This document shows, in pieces, positions 10,604 to 20,434 of a stretch of 64,000 nucleotides of DNA (position 1 is the stretch's first letter; each line of letters opens with the position of its first letter). Source of the DNA: an uncultured SAR116 cluster alpha proteobacterium. GTDB lineage: Bacteria; Pseudomonadota; Alphaproteobacteria; Puniceispirillales; Marisalimonadaceae. The stretch lies in NCBI GenBank assembly GCA_902616615.1, contig CACMTN010000006.1, positions 23,438 through 87,437 of the forward strand, written 5' to 3'. Below the pieces are notes generated by a model. It did no database searches and had not been told where the DNA came from. It saw only the letters and a program-made list of their open reading frames with translations. Both the position numbers and the translations under genes were made by a program.

Positions 10604-11611
10604 ATGATGTTAAATATTAAAATACCTGAAAAAGAACATGGAACTCGACTTGACAGATGTGTCAGAAGATTATTGGGACAGTTAAACCAATCAGTTTTAG
10701 AAAAGTTTTTAAGATCTGGAATGATTTTGTTAGATGGAAAAAAAGCTAAATCATCAACTAAGGTATTTTATGGTCAAGAACTAAATTATTCACAAAATTT
10801 AAGTTTTGATAAACCTTATCAAGAAAAAAAAATAAGTGAATATAATGAAACGTATTATAAAAATTTATTTAAAAAAATATTTATAAAAGAAACAAGTGAA
10901 TATATAGCGATAAATAAACCTAGTGGTCTCGCTGTGCAAGGTGGTAGTAAGCAAAAGTTCCATGTTGACGATATGTTAAAATGTATTTCCACTGACAACC
11001 TCTCATTAAAACTTGTCCACAGAATTGACAAAGATACATCTGGTTTATTGTTGCTAGCAAAAGAAAATAAGGTTGCAAAAAAATTTACATCTTTTTTTAA
11101 AGATCGAAAAATTATTAAAACATATCTTGCAATTGTTTCGCCTTGTCCAAATGATGATAGAGGTATTATTGACCTGCCATTATCAAAATATGGTACAAAA
11201 GGCTATCAAAGAATGTCAGTAGACCAAAATATGGGTAAAAGAGCTATAACTGAGTATAAAGTTTTAGATAAGGTTGAATCACGCGTGGCTTTAGTTGCTC
11301 TTTTTCCAAAAACAGGTCGCACTCATCAATTAAGAGTTCATCTAGAATATATAAATGCTCCTATAGTTGGAGATAATAAATATAGAGGTTTATCAGAAGT
11401 TTTTATGTCTTCTCATAATTTACCAGAACATAAGAAACTTTCTCAGATTAAATGGATACCAAATAATACAAAGAACTTACAATTACACGCTTATTCAATT
11501 AGAATACCTGAGAGTGAAACTATTACAGCAGAAGTCTCAGAAGATTTTAAGCAAAACCTAAGATTTTTAGGATTAAAATTACCAAAAAAATTACATGATA
11601 TTTTTATTTAA
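10604..11611 (+). CDS. rluC: RluA-family 23S rRNA pseudouridine synthase (RluC-like) with S4 domain
   Basis: RLDR S4 start, INKPSGLAVQGG, HRIDKDTSG (catalytic Asp), TGRTHQLRVH. Confidence 0.9.
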   Translation: MMLNIKIPEKEHGTRLDRCVRRLLGQLNQSVLEKFLRSGMILLDGKKAKSSTKVFYGQELNYSQNLSFDKPYQEKKISEYNETYYKNLFKKIFIKETSEYIAINKPSGLAVQGGSKQKFHVDDMLKCISTDNLSLKLVHRIDKDTSGLLLLAKENKVAKKFTSFFKDRKIIKTYLAIVSPCPNDDRGIIDLPLSKYGTKGYQRMSVDQNMGKRAITEYKVLDKVESRVALVALFPKTGRTHQLRVHLEYINAPIVGDNKYRGLSEVFMSSHNLPEHKKLSQIKWIPNNTKNLQLHAYSIRIPESETITAEVSEDFKQNLRFLGLKLPKKLHDIFI

Positions 11612-11628
11612 TTTTTGGAGAGTGCAAA

Positions 11629-12300
11629 TTGTCAGAAGATTTAAAATTAGCTTTATTTGATTATGACGGAACAATAGTAGACTCTGCGATAATGATTGTT
11701 AAAGGTGCTATTGAAGCTTTTAGAATGTGTGGATTACCAGACCCTGATCCAAAAAAAGTTAGAGAAAATATTGGCAAGCCATTGGCGATTGCCCTAGATG
11801 ATTATATGCCGCCAGGTTTTGATGTAACACCAGAACAAATTTCAGAAGCATATAGATCATGGTATGCGGAACAAGGTAAATTAGGTTTGCAAAATGAACC
11901 ACTATACCCTGGATTGGTTGAATTATTAAATGAACTTAAAGAAACAAATTGGTTAATTGGAATTGCAACTAACAAGTCTAGAATTGGATTGACAAATGGT
12001 TTGGCTAAACATGATTTATCTAAGATTTTTGATATAACAATGAGTACAGACGAAAATATACCCAAACCTAATCCAGCGATGGCAATTAAAGCTATGAATG
12101 ATTTAGGTGTGCAAAAGAAACGTTGTGTAATGATTGGCGATACAATTAATGATATTGGATTAGGAGTTAATGCCGGTATTATTAGTATAGGAGTTACATG
12201 GGGTTATAACAGTAAGGAATTATTATCTGCAGCTGGAGCAAGTTATTTAGTCAATGACTCAATTGAATTGAGTAAATTAATGAAAACAATATGTCCCTAA
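11629..12300 (+). CDS. HAD-IA hydrolase (phosphoglycolate phosphatase-like)
   Basis: FDYDGTIVDS, ATNK, KPNP, MIGDT..DI motifs; usual alphaproteobacterial position between rluC and ATP12. Confidence 0.9.
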   Translation: MSEDLKLALFDYDGTIVDSAIMIVKGAIEAFRMCGLPDPDPKKVRENIGKPLAIALDDYMPPGFDVTPEQISEAYRSWYAEQGKLGLQNEPLYPGLVELLNELKETNWLIGIATNKSRIGLTNGLAKHDLSKIFDITMSTDENIPKPNPAMAIKAMNDLGVQKKRCVMIGDTINDIGLGVNAGIISIGVTWGYNSKELLSAAGASYLVNDSIELSKLMKTICP

Positions 12301-12301
12301 A

Positions 12302-12994
12302 ATGAAAAAAAATTGGGAAAAAGTAAGTATAAAAAAAATATCATCTGATTCCTTTTGTGTCATGTTGGATAAAAGAATTCTAAAAACCCCCTTAAAAAGA
12401 GAGTTAGTATTACCAAACTTAAATTTAGCACAAGAGATTGTAAAAGAGTGGGATCAAGATTCAAAAAAAATAAATACTGAATCAATGATTTTTTATGGTC
12501 TTACATCGACTTCTTTTGATAAAATAGTAGATAATAAAAATTTGTATATTAATGATATTCTTGATTATATAGATACTGATCTTATTTGTTATCGTGCTGA
12601 AAATCCAAAAGAATTAGTTGAACTACAAAAAAATAAATGGGACCCAATTATATTACTTATTGAAAAATATATCGGCACCAAAGTTCATGTATTCGAGGGT
12701 GTTTTACCTAAAAAACAACATGCTACTGTTCACGACAGATTAAATAATTTAGTTAATGAGTTTGATATTTTCGAGATTTCAGCATTACATAGAATTACAA
12801 ATATTACAGGATCTATCTTCATATCATTATGTGTTTTAAAAAAAGATATTTCAAAAAATGAAGTCTTTGAGTTATCGTTTTTAGATGAATTGTGGCAAGC
12901 AGAAAATTGGGGTTTTGATGAAGAAACTTGTCAGAAAAGAAAAGAAATATCTATTGAGTTAAATAAATCCCTATATTTTTTAGATTGTCTTTAA
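12302..12994 (+). CDS. ATP12 family F1-ATPase assembly chaperone
   Basis: LDKRILKTP, EW..Q, TDLICYRA..P.EL, LDELWQAENWG.D.E. Confidence 0.92.
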   Translation: MKKNWEKVSIKKISSDSFCVMLDKRILKTPLKRELVLPNLNLAQEIVKEWDQDSKKINTESMIFYGLTSTSFDKIVDNKNLYINDILDYIDTDLICYRAENPKELVELQKNKWDPIILLIEKYIGTKVHVFEGVLPKKQHATVHDRLNNLVNEFDIFEISALHRITNITGSIFISLCVLKKDISKNEVFELSFLDELWQAENWGFDEETCQKRKEISIELNKSLYFLDCL

Positions 12995-13013
12995 TGAAAA
13001 ACTGTTTTCTCCT

Positions 13014-13382
13014 ATGAAAAAAAAAATAAATGAATATTTCATTAACCAAATAAATACTCACGCCAAAGTGTTATTTGATGAATACAATATTGCGTTTGAA
13101 AATAAAATGTGGGCGTCAGTAATCATACTTTCTCTTACGATAATAGATAATATTATGAATGATACAGATAATTTAGATTATGTTGATGGATTAGATATAA
13201 ATCACTTTAGAAGCTCAAAAAATTTTCATTGGCTGAGAATTAGACGAAATCAAATACTACATTTTGAAAAACCTATAGAAGGATTTTTTGGAAATAAAGA
13301 TAGTGATAAAACTCTAAAATTAGATGCAATTCGTGCGGATGAGATCTTAAAAGAATGCTTTTACACTTTGTTCAAGGAATGA
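13014..13382 (+). CDS. Hypothetical helical protein with HEPN-like RxxxxH motif
   Basis: 122 aa; WASVIILSLTIID helix then WLRIRRNQILH (R-x4-H). Confidence 0.55.
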   Translation: MKKKINEYFINQINTHAKVLFDEYNIAFENKMWASVIILSLTIIDNIMNDTDNLDYVDGLDINHFRSSKNFHWLRIRRNQILHFEKPIEGFFGNKDSDKTLKLDAIRADEILKECFYTLFKE

Positions 13383-13385
13383 TAA

Positions 13386-14036
13386 TTATTTTATTTTAAA
13401 TAAACGTTCATTATCAAAAACATTGTGAAAATTTTTTTTTAAACTGATATCTAATTCTTTTAGGGATATTTTTTTTCCCAATTTGTAAAAACTAGTTACA
13501 CCAGAATTCGTTATCCCACATGGTACAATGTTATTGAATTCATCTAGATTTGGATTTAAATTTATAGATATTCCATGCAACGTTATCCAACTTGATATTC
13601 TAATACCTAGTGCAGCAATTTTATCCCATCTATTATTATCTTTTACCCATACACCAGGCTGGCCATCAATCCTTGCTCCATTAATATAAAAATCTTTTAA
13701 AGTAAGAATTATTAATTCTTCTAGTGCATATACGTATGCCTTCACATCCTGTAATCTATTTTTTAAATTTAACATTAAGTAAACAACTCTTTGACCAGGC
13801 CCATGCCAAGTCCACTGTCCACCTCTACCTGTATATTGAAAATTTACATTACTATTTTTTAAATCTTCTAGTTTAGCAGATGTTCCTGCAGTAAAAATAG
13901 AATCGTGCTCTAAAAGCCAGATCATCTCACACGCAGAATTTTTTTTAATATCTAAAACACGTTTTTTCATTTCTGAAACTGCAAAATTATATTCTACAGG
14001 ATTATTTGATGTTTTCCATTCTATTTCAGTAATCAA
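13386..14036 (-). CDS. lipB: Lipoyl(octanoyl) transferase LipB
   Basis: WLLEH..FTAGTS, RGGQWTWHGPGQRVVY, KIAALG, HG.SIN, IVPCG. Confidence 0.97.
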   Translation of the reverse strand: MITEIEWKTSNNPVEYNFAVSEMKKRVLDIKKNSACEMIWLLEHDSIFTAGTSAKLEDLKNSNVNFQYTGRGGQWTWHGPGQRVVYLMLNLKNRLQDVKAYVYALEELIILTLKDFYINGARIDGQPGVWVKDNNRWDKIAALGIRISSWITLHGISINLNPNLDEFNNIVPCGITNSGVTSFYKLGKKISLKELDISLKKNFHNVFDNERLFKIK

Positions 14037-14126
14037 AATAAGTACTTCCTTTAAATTACATACATAATATATTATTTATCTTGCAATAATTATATCATTT
14101 TGTTATCGCAAAAGAGTATTTTTATT

Positions 14127-14213
14127 GCGGCTGTGGCGGAACAGGTAGACGCGCAGCGTTGAGGTCGCTGTGGGATAAAACCCGTGGAAGTTCGAGTCTT
14201 CTCAGCCGCACCA
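14127..14213 (+). tRNA. tRNA-Leu (GAG), CCA encoded
   Basis: Acceptor GCGGCTG/CAGCCGC, anticodon stem CAGCG/CGCTG with TT-GAG-GT loop, long variable arm, TTCGAGT T-loop, ACCA end. Confidence 0.98.
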
Positions 14214-14252
14214 TCTACCTTAAAAATAGATTTTATTTGAAATTTTAATGAA

Positions 14253-14465
14253 CTATGCAGATTTCATATTAACCCTTACGCAACTCTTACTTATCATTAC
14301 AGGATAACTAAGCGCATTTAAAAGTTCAGTTTCCATTTCATTTATTCTGAGATTACACTTTTGCTTTGTTAAATAGTAACCATTTGTGTCTTCAATTCCG
14401 AAGCATTCATTACCATGATGTATAAGATTGAGAGGGGAGCAAACTAGCATTATTGCAAAAAACAT
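14253..14465 (-). CDS. Small hypothetical protein with hydrophobic N-terminus and four Cys
   Basis: AAGGAG RBS 6 nt before ATG 14465; MFFAIMLVCS...ECFGIEDTNGYY.T..KCNLRINEM...SC. Confidence 0.7.
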   Translation of the reverse strand: MFFAIMLVCSPLNLIHHGNECFGIEDTNGYYLTKQKCNLRINEMETELLNALSYPVMISKSCVRVNMKSA

Positions 14466-14700
14466 CAATATCTCCTTTTAATAAATTACCTCCCATATAT
14501 ATCTAAAGATATTTTATTGAAATATACTAATGTTAAAAACTAATAAAAAACAAAAAATTTATAAACGAAGTTTTTTTATGCAAAAAGTTAAATCTAATTA
14601 AAATTTAATCAATTTTAAATAGATTAGTTCCCCAAAATTGTTATAATTACAATTAATTACTTACAATTAGGCTATTTAAAAAAAAAGTGGATAATTTAGT

Positions 14701-14943
14701 TCACTTTGTATTTGAAATTTTAGATTCTTTTTTGATCTTTTGTTCTAAATGATCAATCATTACCCGTCTCATATACTCAGCTCTTGCTAAATTTGTAAAT
14801 GAATACTCACGAATATCATCATGAGTTATTCTTATAGAAAAATTATAAAATGCACCACTTTTCTTAATACTAGAAGCGCTACCTGCAGCTATTTTACCAG
14901 TATTTACTAATGTACCAAATTTAGTTTCGATTATGTTTGCCAT
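14701..14943 (-). CDS. Small hypothetical protein (80 aa)
   Basis: ATG start, protein-like composition (IIETKFGTLVN...DDIREYSFT...MRRVMIDHLEQK), co-oriented with upstream genes. Confidence 0.75.
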   Translation of the reverse strand: MANIIETKFGTLVNTGKIAAGSASSIKKSGAFYNFSIRITHDDIREYSFTNLARAEYMRRVMIDHLEQKIKKESKISNTK

Positions 14944-15035
14944 ATCTAATCTCTATAAAATTAAGTATTATAAATATTATGATATCAAAATTTAAAATAT
15001 GTCAAAATAAAACTTTAATTATATTCAATAAGAAT

Positions 15036-15383
15036 TTAACAATATTCATACAAAAAATGGGATCTATCATAAGTATGTTGCCTTACTTGTGTGCTCCATC
15101 GTCCTTTTTCAACAGCCATTGCCCATTCTTTACTATTGATAACTTCTGGATTATCAATTTCATACATAGCCACAAACTTTTGATTGGGAGAATCCATTGA
15201 TTTTGTTTCACCACCTATAGAAAAATTAAAAGGTATTCCTTTACCTCTAGTTACTTTATTTACTCCTGGAACATTAAGCAAATGCGGTACATGTTCTTCA
15301 TCATATACTTCATTAAATAAATCTTCATATTCTTTTTTAACATTCATAGAGACTATAAAAACAAATTTAGAAATACTCATCAT
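15036..15383 (-). CDS. EthD/DUF4286-like dimeric alpha-beta barrel protein
   Basis: FNEVYDEEHVPHLLNVPGV and FVAMYEI motifs; AGGAG RBS; ATGA overlap with the GIY-YIG stop. Confidence 0.7.
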   Translation of the reverse strand: MMSISKFVFIVSMNVKKEYEDLFNEVYDEEHVPHLLNVPGVNKVTRGKGIPFNFSIGGETKSMDSPNQKFVAMYEIDNPEVINSKEWAMAVEKGRWSTQVRQHTYDRSHFLYEYC

Positions 15384-15640
15384 GACTCCTTTTTTTTATA
15401 TGATTTGACTAATAATTCTTTATTTTTTTTATCAAGTTTTTTTATTTCTATTTCTCTTTTAATAGCTTTGCTTCTACTTATGCACTCCTCAGTGTAGATT
15501 AATTTAAAAGGTAATCTGGCTCTAACATATTTTGAACCATTACCCTTTACATGAGTATCTAATCTTCTATTTAAATTATTTGATATCCCAGTGTAGATAG
15601 AACTATCATTACATTTCAGCATATAAACAACCCAGTTCAT
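15380..15640 (-). CDS. GIY-YIG nuclease family protein (UPF0213/YhbQ-like)
   Basis: VYMLKC.D.SIYTGISNNL.RR...H..G.GSKY.R.R...A.KRE..IK. Confidence 0.93.
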   Translation of the reverse strand: MNWVVYMLKCNDSSIYTGISNNLNRRLDTHVKGNGSKYVRARLPFKLIYTEECISRSKAIKREIEIKKLDKKNKELLVKSYKKKES

Positions 15641-15653
15641 TGAATTATTTCAT

Positions 15654-16610
15654 CTAATTATCTTTGATCAAATTAACAAAAACTTCTTCAAGGCGGACAT
15701 TTTTAGTAGATAAATCTAATATTTTTAAATCTGTTTTATAAATTATTTCTATAATTTTATTCATAGAAGTGTTTTTAGGGTTGAAGTATATTTCAATTTT
15801 ATTTTTAAGAAAATTAACATTACCGATATTTTTAAGACATTTCTTATCTTTTTCAGTAATCTTGTCGTTAGTGAATGTAATAAATATTACTTTTTGACTT
15901 GATTTTGAAAGTAATGATTTTTTTGTTTCATTGGCAATAATTTTGCCCTTATTGATTATGGCAATATGATCGCATAGAAATTCAGCCTCTTCTAAATAAT
16001 GTGTGGTTAATATTATTGTAACACCTAATTCATTTAATTTTTTAAAATAAGTCCATAGTTTTTGTCTTAATTCTACATCCACTCCTGCAGTTGGTTCATC
16101 TAATATGATAATAGGTGGTGAATGAACCATCGCTTTGGCTACTAATAGCCTTCGTCTCATTCCACCAGATAATTTTCTACTATATATTTCAGCTTTATCA
16201 GTTAAATCCATTAATTTTAAAAGCTCATTTGTTCGCCAATTATTTTTTGGAACATTAAACATTCCAGAATGCAGATTAAGAGTTTCTTTGGGTGTAAAAA
16301 AAGCATCTATATTGAGTTCTTGTGGTACAACACCAACGGCGAGTTTAGATTGTTTTCTATATTTATCTATATCTAAACCCCATATATATACTTTCCCAGA
16401 AGTCTTTATAACTGCTCCAGAAATAATATTAATTAAAGTTGATTTTCCTGCACCATTAGGTCCAAGTAAACCAAATATACTTCCAACAGGGACATTTAAG
16501 GATATATCATTTAAGGCAATATTATTGACTTTATCATTATAAATTTTAGATAATTTTTCAATTTGCAATGCTAATTGATTATGTGGAACTTCCCAATATT
16601 TTTCTGTCAC
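15654..16610 (-). CDS. ABC-2 type transporter ATP-binding protein (YadG-like)
   Basis: GPNGAGKST, VPQE, LSGGMRRR, ILDEPTAGVD, TTHYLEEAE. Confidence 0.93.
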   Translation of the reverse strand: MTEKYWEVPHNQLALQIEKLSKIYNDKVNNIALNDISLNVPVGSIFGLLGPNGAGKSTLINIISGAVIKTSGKVYIWGLDIDKYRKQSKLAVGVVPQELNIDAFFTPKETLNLHSGMFNVPKNNWRTNELLKLMDLTDKAEIYSRKLSGGMRRRLLVAKAMVHSPPIIILDEPTAGVDVELRQKLWTYFKKLNELGVTIILTTHYLEEAEFLCDHIAIINKGKIIANETKKSLLSKSSQKVIFITFTNDKITEKDKKCLKNIGNVNFLKNKIEIYFNPKNTSMNKIIEIIYKTDLKILDLSTKNVRLEEVFVNLIKDN

Positions 16611-16790
16611 TTAAGCTCTTTCTTTTATTAAATATATAATAATATATAAAATGACATTAATTTTGATTTAATGACAACTTTCTAATAATTAATTATAATA
16701 ATACTGTTAATAAATAGGTTGCAAGGTAGTTTTAAATGCAATTTTTCTTAATACGAAAATAAATCTAATAAAAAGAATTCTTTAAATTAA

Positions 16791-19640
16791 ATGAATATAC
16801 CGATTGAAAATAACCCAAGACCTAATCTTAAATTGAATGATCCAAATAATTTATTTCTTATTGATGGGTCGGGATATATTTTTAGAGCTTTTTATGGTCT
16901 ACCCTCAATGAGTAACAATGATGGTGTTCCAGTAAATGCAGTATTTGGTTATACTAAAATGCTTCTAAAGCTTATTGATGATTTTAAACCAATTTATGTG
17001 GCAGTTATATTTGATGTTGCTAGAAAAACTTTTAGAAATGATTTGTATGATTTGTATAAAGCAAATAGATCAGATCCTCCTGATGAATTAATCCCTCAAT
17101 TTTCAATTATAAGAGACGCTACTAACGCGATTGGATTACCTGTTGTCGAAATGGAAGGGTATGAAGCTGATGATTTAATTGCTACATATTCAGATATAGC
17201 ATCAAAAATGAATAAAAATGTTATAATTGTATCTAGTGATAAAGATTTGATGCAGCTAGTTGATCAAAATATAACTTTATTCGATCCCATGAAACAATTC
17301 TGGATAAATAATGATAAAGTTTTTGAAAAATTTGGAGTTTATCCTAATAAAGTAATTGATGTTCAATCTCTTGCAGGAGATACTAGTGATAACATCCCTG
17401 GTGTACCTGGAATTGGTATTAAAACAGCAGCAGAATTGATTAACGAATATGGAGACCTCGATCAATTATTAAATAGAGCTTCTGAGATAAAACAAAATAA
17501 AAGGAGAGAAAATTTATTAGAGTTTGCAGATCAAGCAATATTGTCTAGATCTTTAGTAACACTTAAAAAAGATGTTCCTATTAAATCTCAGATAGAAGAA
17601 TTTAAAATAAGTTCTGAATTAGAGTTAAATAAATTAATTCCTTTCTTAAAGACACATGGTTTTAAAAGCATACTAAATAAATATGAAAATAGTAGAGAAC
17701 TACAAACTAATATCTCTAAATCTGAGATAAAAATTAATTCTATAAACAACATAAGCGAATATAGCTCTATTTCCAAAAAATATGAATTAATTGAAAATAA
17801 AGATCAACTAATAAAATTTTTAGAGAATTGTTATAGTAAATCAGTAATTGCATTTGATTGTGAGACTAATTCTTTAAATGCAAAAACTGCAGATTTAGTA
17901 GGGATTTCTTTATCATATGAAGAAGGTTTAGCCTGTTATATACCATTAAGACATGGACAAAAACTAGATGATAATCAATCAGACTTTAATTTTGATAATG
18001 TAAAATCTTTTAATCAAATTCATTTTGAAGATGCTATTGAATTACTCAAACCTGTTTTAGAGGATAAATCCATTTTAAAAATTGGTCATAACATCAAATT
18101 TGATGCGTTAGTAGTCAAACAATTACATAATGGTAATATAAATATTGATCCAATTGGAGATACTATGTGCCTTTCTTATGTTGTTGATTCAGGCAGAGTA
18201 GATAGTCATAAATTGGATGCTATGGCTTTTCGTGAATTAAATCACAATACAATCAAATACGAAGATGTTTGTGGAAAGGGCAAAAACAAAATCTTATTTA
18301 ATCAATTGTCACCATCTGATGCATTGGATTATGCATCTGAAGATGCTGATATAACTTTAGCAATATATAATAGAGTTTTACCGAGAGTATTTAATGATAA
18401 AAAATATTCTGTTTATAAACGATTAGAAAATCCATTAATTAATGTATTAATTGAAATGGAAAATATCGGTATAACGATAAATGCTCAAAAACTCTCAGAA
18501 ATCTCCAAAAATTTATCTAATGAAATTATAAAATTAGAAAATAAAATTTTTGATTATAGTGGTAAAACTTTCAATGTTGGTTCTCCAAAACAATTAGGAG
18601 AAATTTTGTTTGATGAAATGAAGATTGAAGGTGGTAAACGCTCCAAAAATGGATCTTGGCAAACTAGTGTAGAGGTTCTTGAAAATCTATCAGATTTAGG
18701 ACATGAAATTGCTCAACTAATTTTAAATTGGAGGCATTTTTCTAAATTAAAGAGCACTTATACTGATGCATTAGTTGAACAAATAAATCCAAAAACTAAA
18801 AGAATTCATACTAATTATTCAATGGTTGGCGCGAGTACTGGAAGATTATCTTCTTCAAATCCTAATTTACAGAATATACCCATAAAAACAGAAGAAGGAA
18901 GATTAATTAGGACTGCTTTTGAGTCTAAGCCAGGTTTTAAAATAGTATCTATGGACTATTCACAAATTGAATTAAGGCTTATAGCGCACATAGCTGATGA
19001 AATAAAAATGTTGGATGCATTTAATAATGATCTAGACATCCACTCTGACACTGCTTCAAAAGTCTTTGGAGTTCCCATAAATGAGATGACATCAGATTTA
19101 AGAAGGAAAGCTAAAGCTATAAACTTTGGAATTATATATGGTATTTCTGCATACGGTCTTGCAAAACAATTGAAGTGCTCTGCAAATGAATCAAAAGAAT
19201 TTATAGATTCATATTTCAAAAGATTTCCAAGAATTAGAGATTATATGGAAGAGATTAAATCTAACTTAGAAGTAAATGGCTTCGTAGAAACGCTGTTCAA
19301 TAGACGCATCTATATAAATGATAGCAATTCTAAAAATCAAAGGTTAAAAGGATTTGCTGAAAGGCAAGCGATCAATGCCCCTATTCAAGGATCAGCTGCT
19401 GATATAATAAAACTAGCAATGGTAAAAATACACAAAAATTTATTTAATTATAAAAATGATGTTTCAATGCTTATGCAAGTTCATGATGAGCTTGTATTTG
19501 AGATAAAAGAAAATAGCATTGATAGATACTCAAAGATTATCCAAGAAATTATGGAGCATGCTAATTTACCTAAAGTTTCATTGAACGTAAATTTAAAAGT
19601 AGATACTGGTTTTGGAGATAATTGGGCTGAAGCTCATTAG
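16791..19640 (+). CDS. polA: DNA polymerase I
   Basis: 5'-3' exo LIDGSGYIFRAF, 3'-5' exo FDCETNSL, polymerase DYSQIELR, KAINFGIIYG, QVHDELVFE. Confidence 0.99.
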   Translation: MNIPIENNPRPNLKLNDPNNLFLIDGSGYIFRAFYGLPSMSNNDGVPVNAVFGYTKMLLKLIDDFKPIYVAVIFDVARKTFRNDLYDLYKANRSDPPDELIPQFSIIRDATNAIGLPVVEMEGYEADDLIATYSDIASKMNKNVIIVSSDKDLMQLVDQNITLFDPMKQFWINNDKVFEKFGVYPNKVIDVQSLAGDTSDNIPGVPGIGIKTAAELINEYGDLDQLLNRASEIKQNKRRENLLEFADQAILSRSLVTLKKDVPIKSQIEEFKISSELELNKLIPFLKTHGFKSILNKYENSRELQTNISKSEIKINSINNISEYSSISKKYELIENKDQLIKFLENCYSKSVIAFDCETNSLNAKTADLVGISLSYEEGLACYIPLRHGQKLDDNQSDFNFDNVKSFNQIHFEDAIELLKPVLEDKSILKIGHNIKFDALVVKQLHNGNINIDPIGDTMCLSYVVDSGRVDSHKLDAMAFRELNHNTIKYEDVCGKGKNKILFNQLSPSDALDYASEDADITLAIYNRVLPRVFNDKKYSVYKRLENPLINVLIEMENIGITINAQKLSEISKNLSNEIIKLENKIFDYSGKTFNVGSPKQLGEILFDEMKIEGGKRSKNGSWQTSVEVLENLSDLGHEIAQLILNWRHFSKLKSTYTDALVEQINPKTKRIHTNYSMVGASTGRLSSSNPNLQNIPIKTEEGRLIRTAFESKPGFKIVSMDYSQIELRLIAHIADEIKMLDAFNNDLDIHSDTASKVFGVPINEMTSDLRRKAKAINFGIIYGISAYGLAKQLKCSANESKEFIDSYFKRFPRIRDYMEEIKSNLEVNGFVETLFNRRIYINDSNSKNQRLKGFAERQAINAPIQGSAADIIKLAMVKIHKNLFNYKNDVSMLMQVHDELVFEIKENSIDRYSKIIQEIMEHANLPKVSLNVNLKVDTGFGDNWAEAH

Positions 19641-19741
19641 ATATTATGAATATAAATTAACATAATTTAGCCTTGAATAAACCAAAATTTTCTATTCAAA
19701 TTAAAATATAAATAAACTTTAGTAAAAACACAGGCAAAAGA

Positions 19742-20431
19742 ATGAGTGAAAAAATAATTCTTATTGATGATGATAATAACATTTTAACCTCAGTTTCAGT
19801 AGCTTTGAAAGCCGAAGGTTGGGTGGTAGAAACTTATAATGATAGTGAACAAGGGCTAATCGCACTTCAAAGGAACACACCTGATATAGCAATATTAGAT
19901 ATTAAAATGCCAAAACTTGACGGTATGGAAGTTTTAAAAAAACTAAGAGAATCATATGATGTTCCGGTAATTTTTTTAACAAGTAAAGATGATGAAATTG
20001 ATGAAGCAATTGGACTTAGAATGGGAGCTGATGATTATATTACTAAGCCCTTTTCACAAAAGCTTTTGATTGAAAGAATAAGAGCTGTACTCAGACGAAG
20101 CTCATATAAAAATAATGATGTATCAGATAAGTTGATTCAAAGAAATAATTTATCGCTTGATCCAGATAGACATCTTTGTAAATGGAAAGGTGAAGAAATA
20201 AGGCTTACAGTTACTGAATTTTTAATTCTTTATTCTTTAGCTCAAAGACCTGGATTAGTAAAAAACAGAGACCAACTCATTGATACAGCTTATGGTGAAA
20301 CTATATATGTCGATGACAGAACAATTGATAGTCATATTAAAAGAATGAGAAGGAAATTTAGAGTTTATGATAAAGATTTTGATCATATTGAGACTTTATA
20401 TGGTGTGGGATATAGATATAGAGATTCATAA
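19742..20431 (+). CDS. chvI: OmpR-family response regulator ChvI
   Basis: [48 protein letters not shown]. Confidence 0.93.
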   Translation: MSEKIILIDDDNNILTSVSVALKAEGWVVETYNDSEQGLIALQRNTPDIAILDIKMPKLDGMEVLKKLRESYDVPVIFLTSKDDEIDEAIGLRMGADDYITKPFSQKLLIERIRAVLRRSSYKNNDVSDKLIQRNNLSLDPDRHLCKWKGEEIRLTVTEFLILYSLAQRPGLVKNRDQLIDTAYGETIYVDDRTIDSHIKRMRRKFRVYDKDFDHIETLYGVGYRYRDS

Positions 20432-20434
20432 AAA

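Noticed and set aside
14937-15408. Plus-strand ORFs 14937-15200 and 15184-15408
   Set aside because: Antisense to the better-supported EthD-like gene, with no recognisable motifs
14127-16610. Prophage or integrative element at tRNA-Leu (also checked at tRNA-Ala and tRNA-Thr)
   Set aside because: No integrase, phage structural genes or visible direct repeat of the tRNA 3' end
16657-16671. TTAA-N7-TTAA CtrA-like box upstream of polA
   Set aside because: Expected by chance in a very AT-rich spacer; no supporting context
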